A stretch of DNA of 63,580 bases, the filler included, from Reclinomonas americana ATCC 50394 (taxonomy: Eukaryota), in assembly GCA_048213135.1 (NCBI GenBank). It is 6 parts of 3 records of this genome, joined end to end, with 100 filler letters (N's around TTAATTAATTAA, not from the genome) between each part and the next. Parts side by side here need not be neighbours in the genome. Positions count along the whole stretch, not along the records: positions 60,813 to 63,580 come from PS015281.1; 5 more parts are not named here. One strand, 5' to 3'. Position 1 is the first letter of the stretch, and each line of letters begins with the position of its first letter. Position numbers and translations under genes: made by a program. The notes under the pieces were generated by a model, which was given only the letters and a program-made list of their open reading frames with translations, had not been told where the DNA came from and did no database searches. Below are positions 63,485 to 63,580 of the stretch, one piece after another.

Positions 63485-63580
63485 GTAGTAGGTAGGTAGG
63501 TAGGTAGGTACGGTAGGTAGGTACGGTACGGTAGGTACGGTAGGTAGGTACGGTAGGTACGGTACGGTACGGTACGGTAC

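Overview
Gene-dense, intron-rich nuclear DNA of a flagellated microbial eukaryote, read with the standard code; introns are mostly about 60-130 nt. The window is a draft concatenation: five N-flanked TTAATTAATTAA linkers separate blocks, and several contigs inside blocks are mis-oriented, so genes appear split across strands but rejoin seamlessly when flipped. Recognisable genes: HECT E3 ligase, UDP-glucose pyrophosphorylase, ubiquitin E1, RPL5, universal stress protein, EF-hand protein, ER-type glyoxalase-fold protein, U11-48K (SNRNP48)-like protein, two copies of a WD40 gene, a large GSGY-repeat/L-lectin protein, ATG22-like MFS transporter, penicillin-acylase-family hydrolase, SSXT+Myb protein, PAS adenylyl cyclase, adenylate kinase, 2OG-Fe(II) oxygenase and outer-arm dynein heavy chain. 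The most notable signal is in splicing. At least 27 introns use a one-base-shifted donor (GTTGCGT-type rather than GTGCGT-type), almost only when the exon does not end in G. The window also holds a clean U12 AT-AC intron and a GC-AG intron. All gene models and family calls are manual motif recognition; no searches were run.
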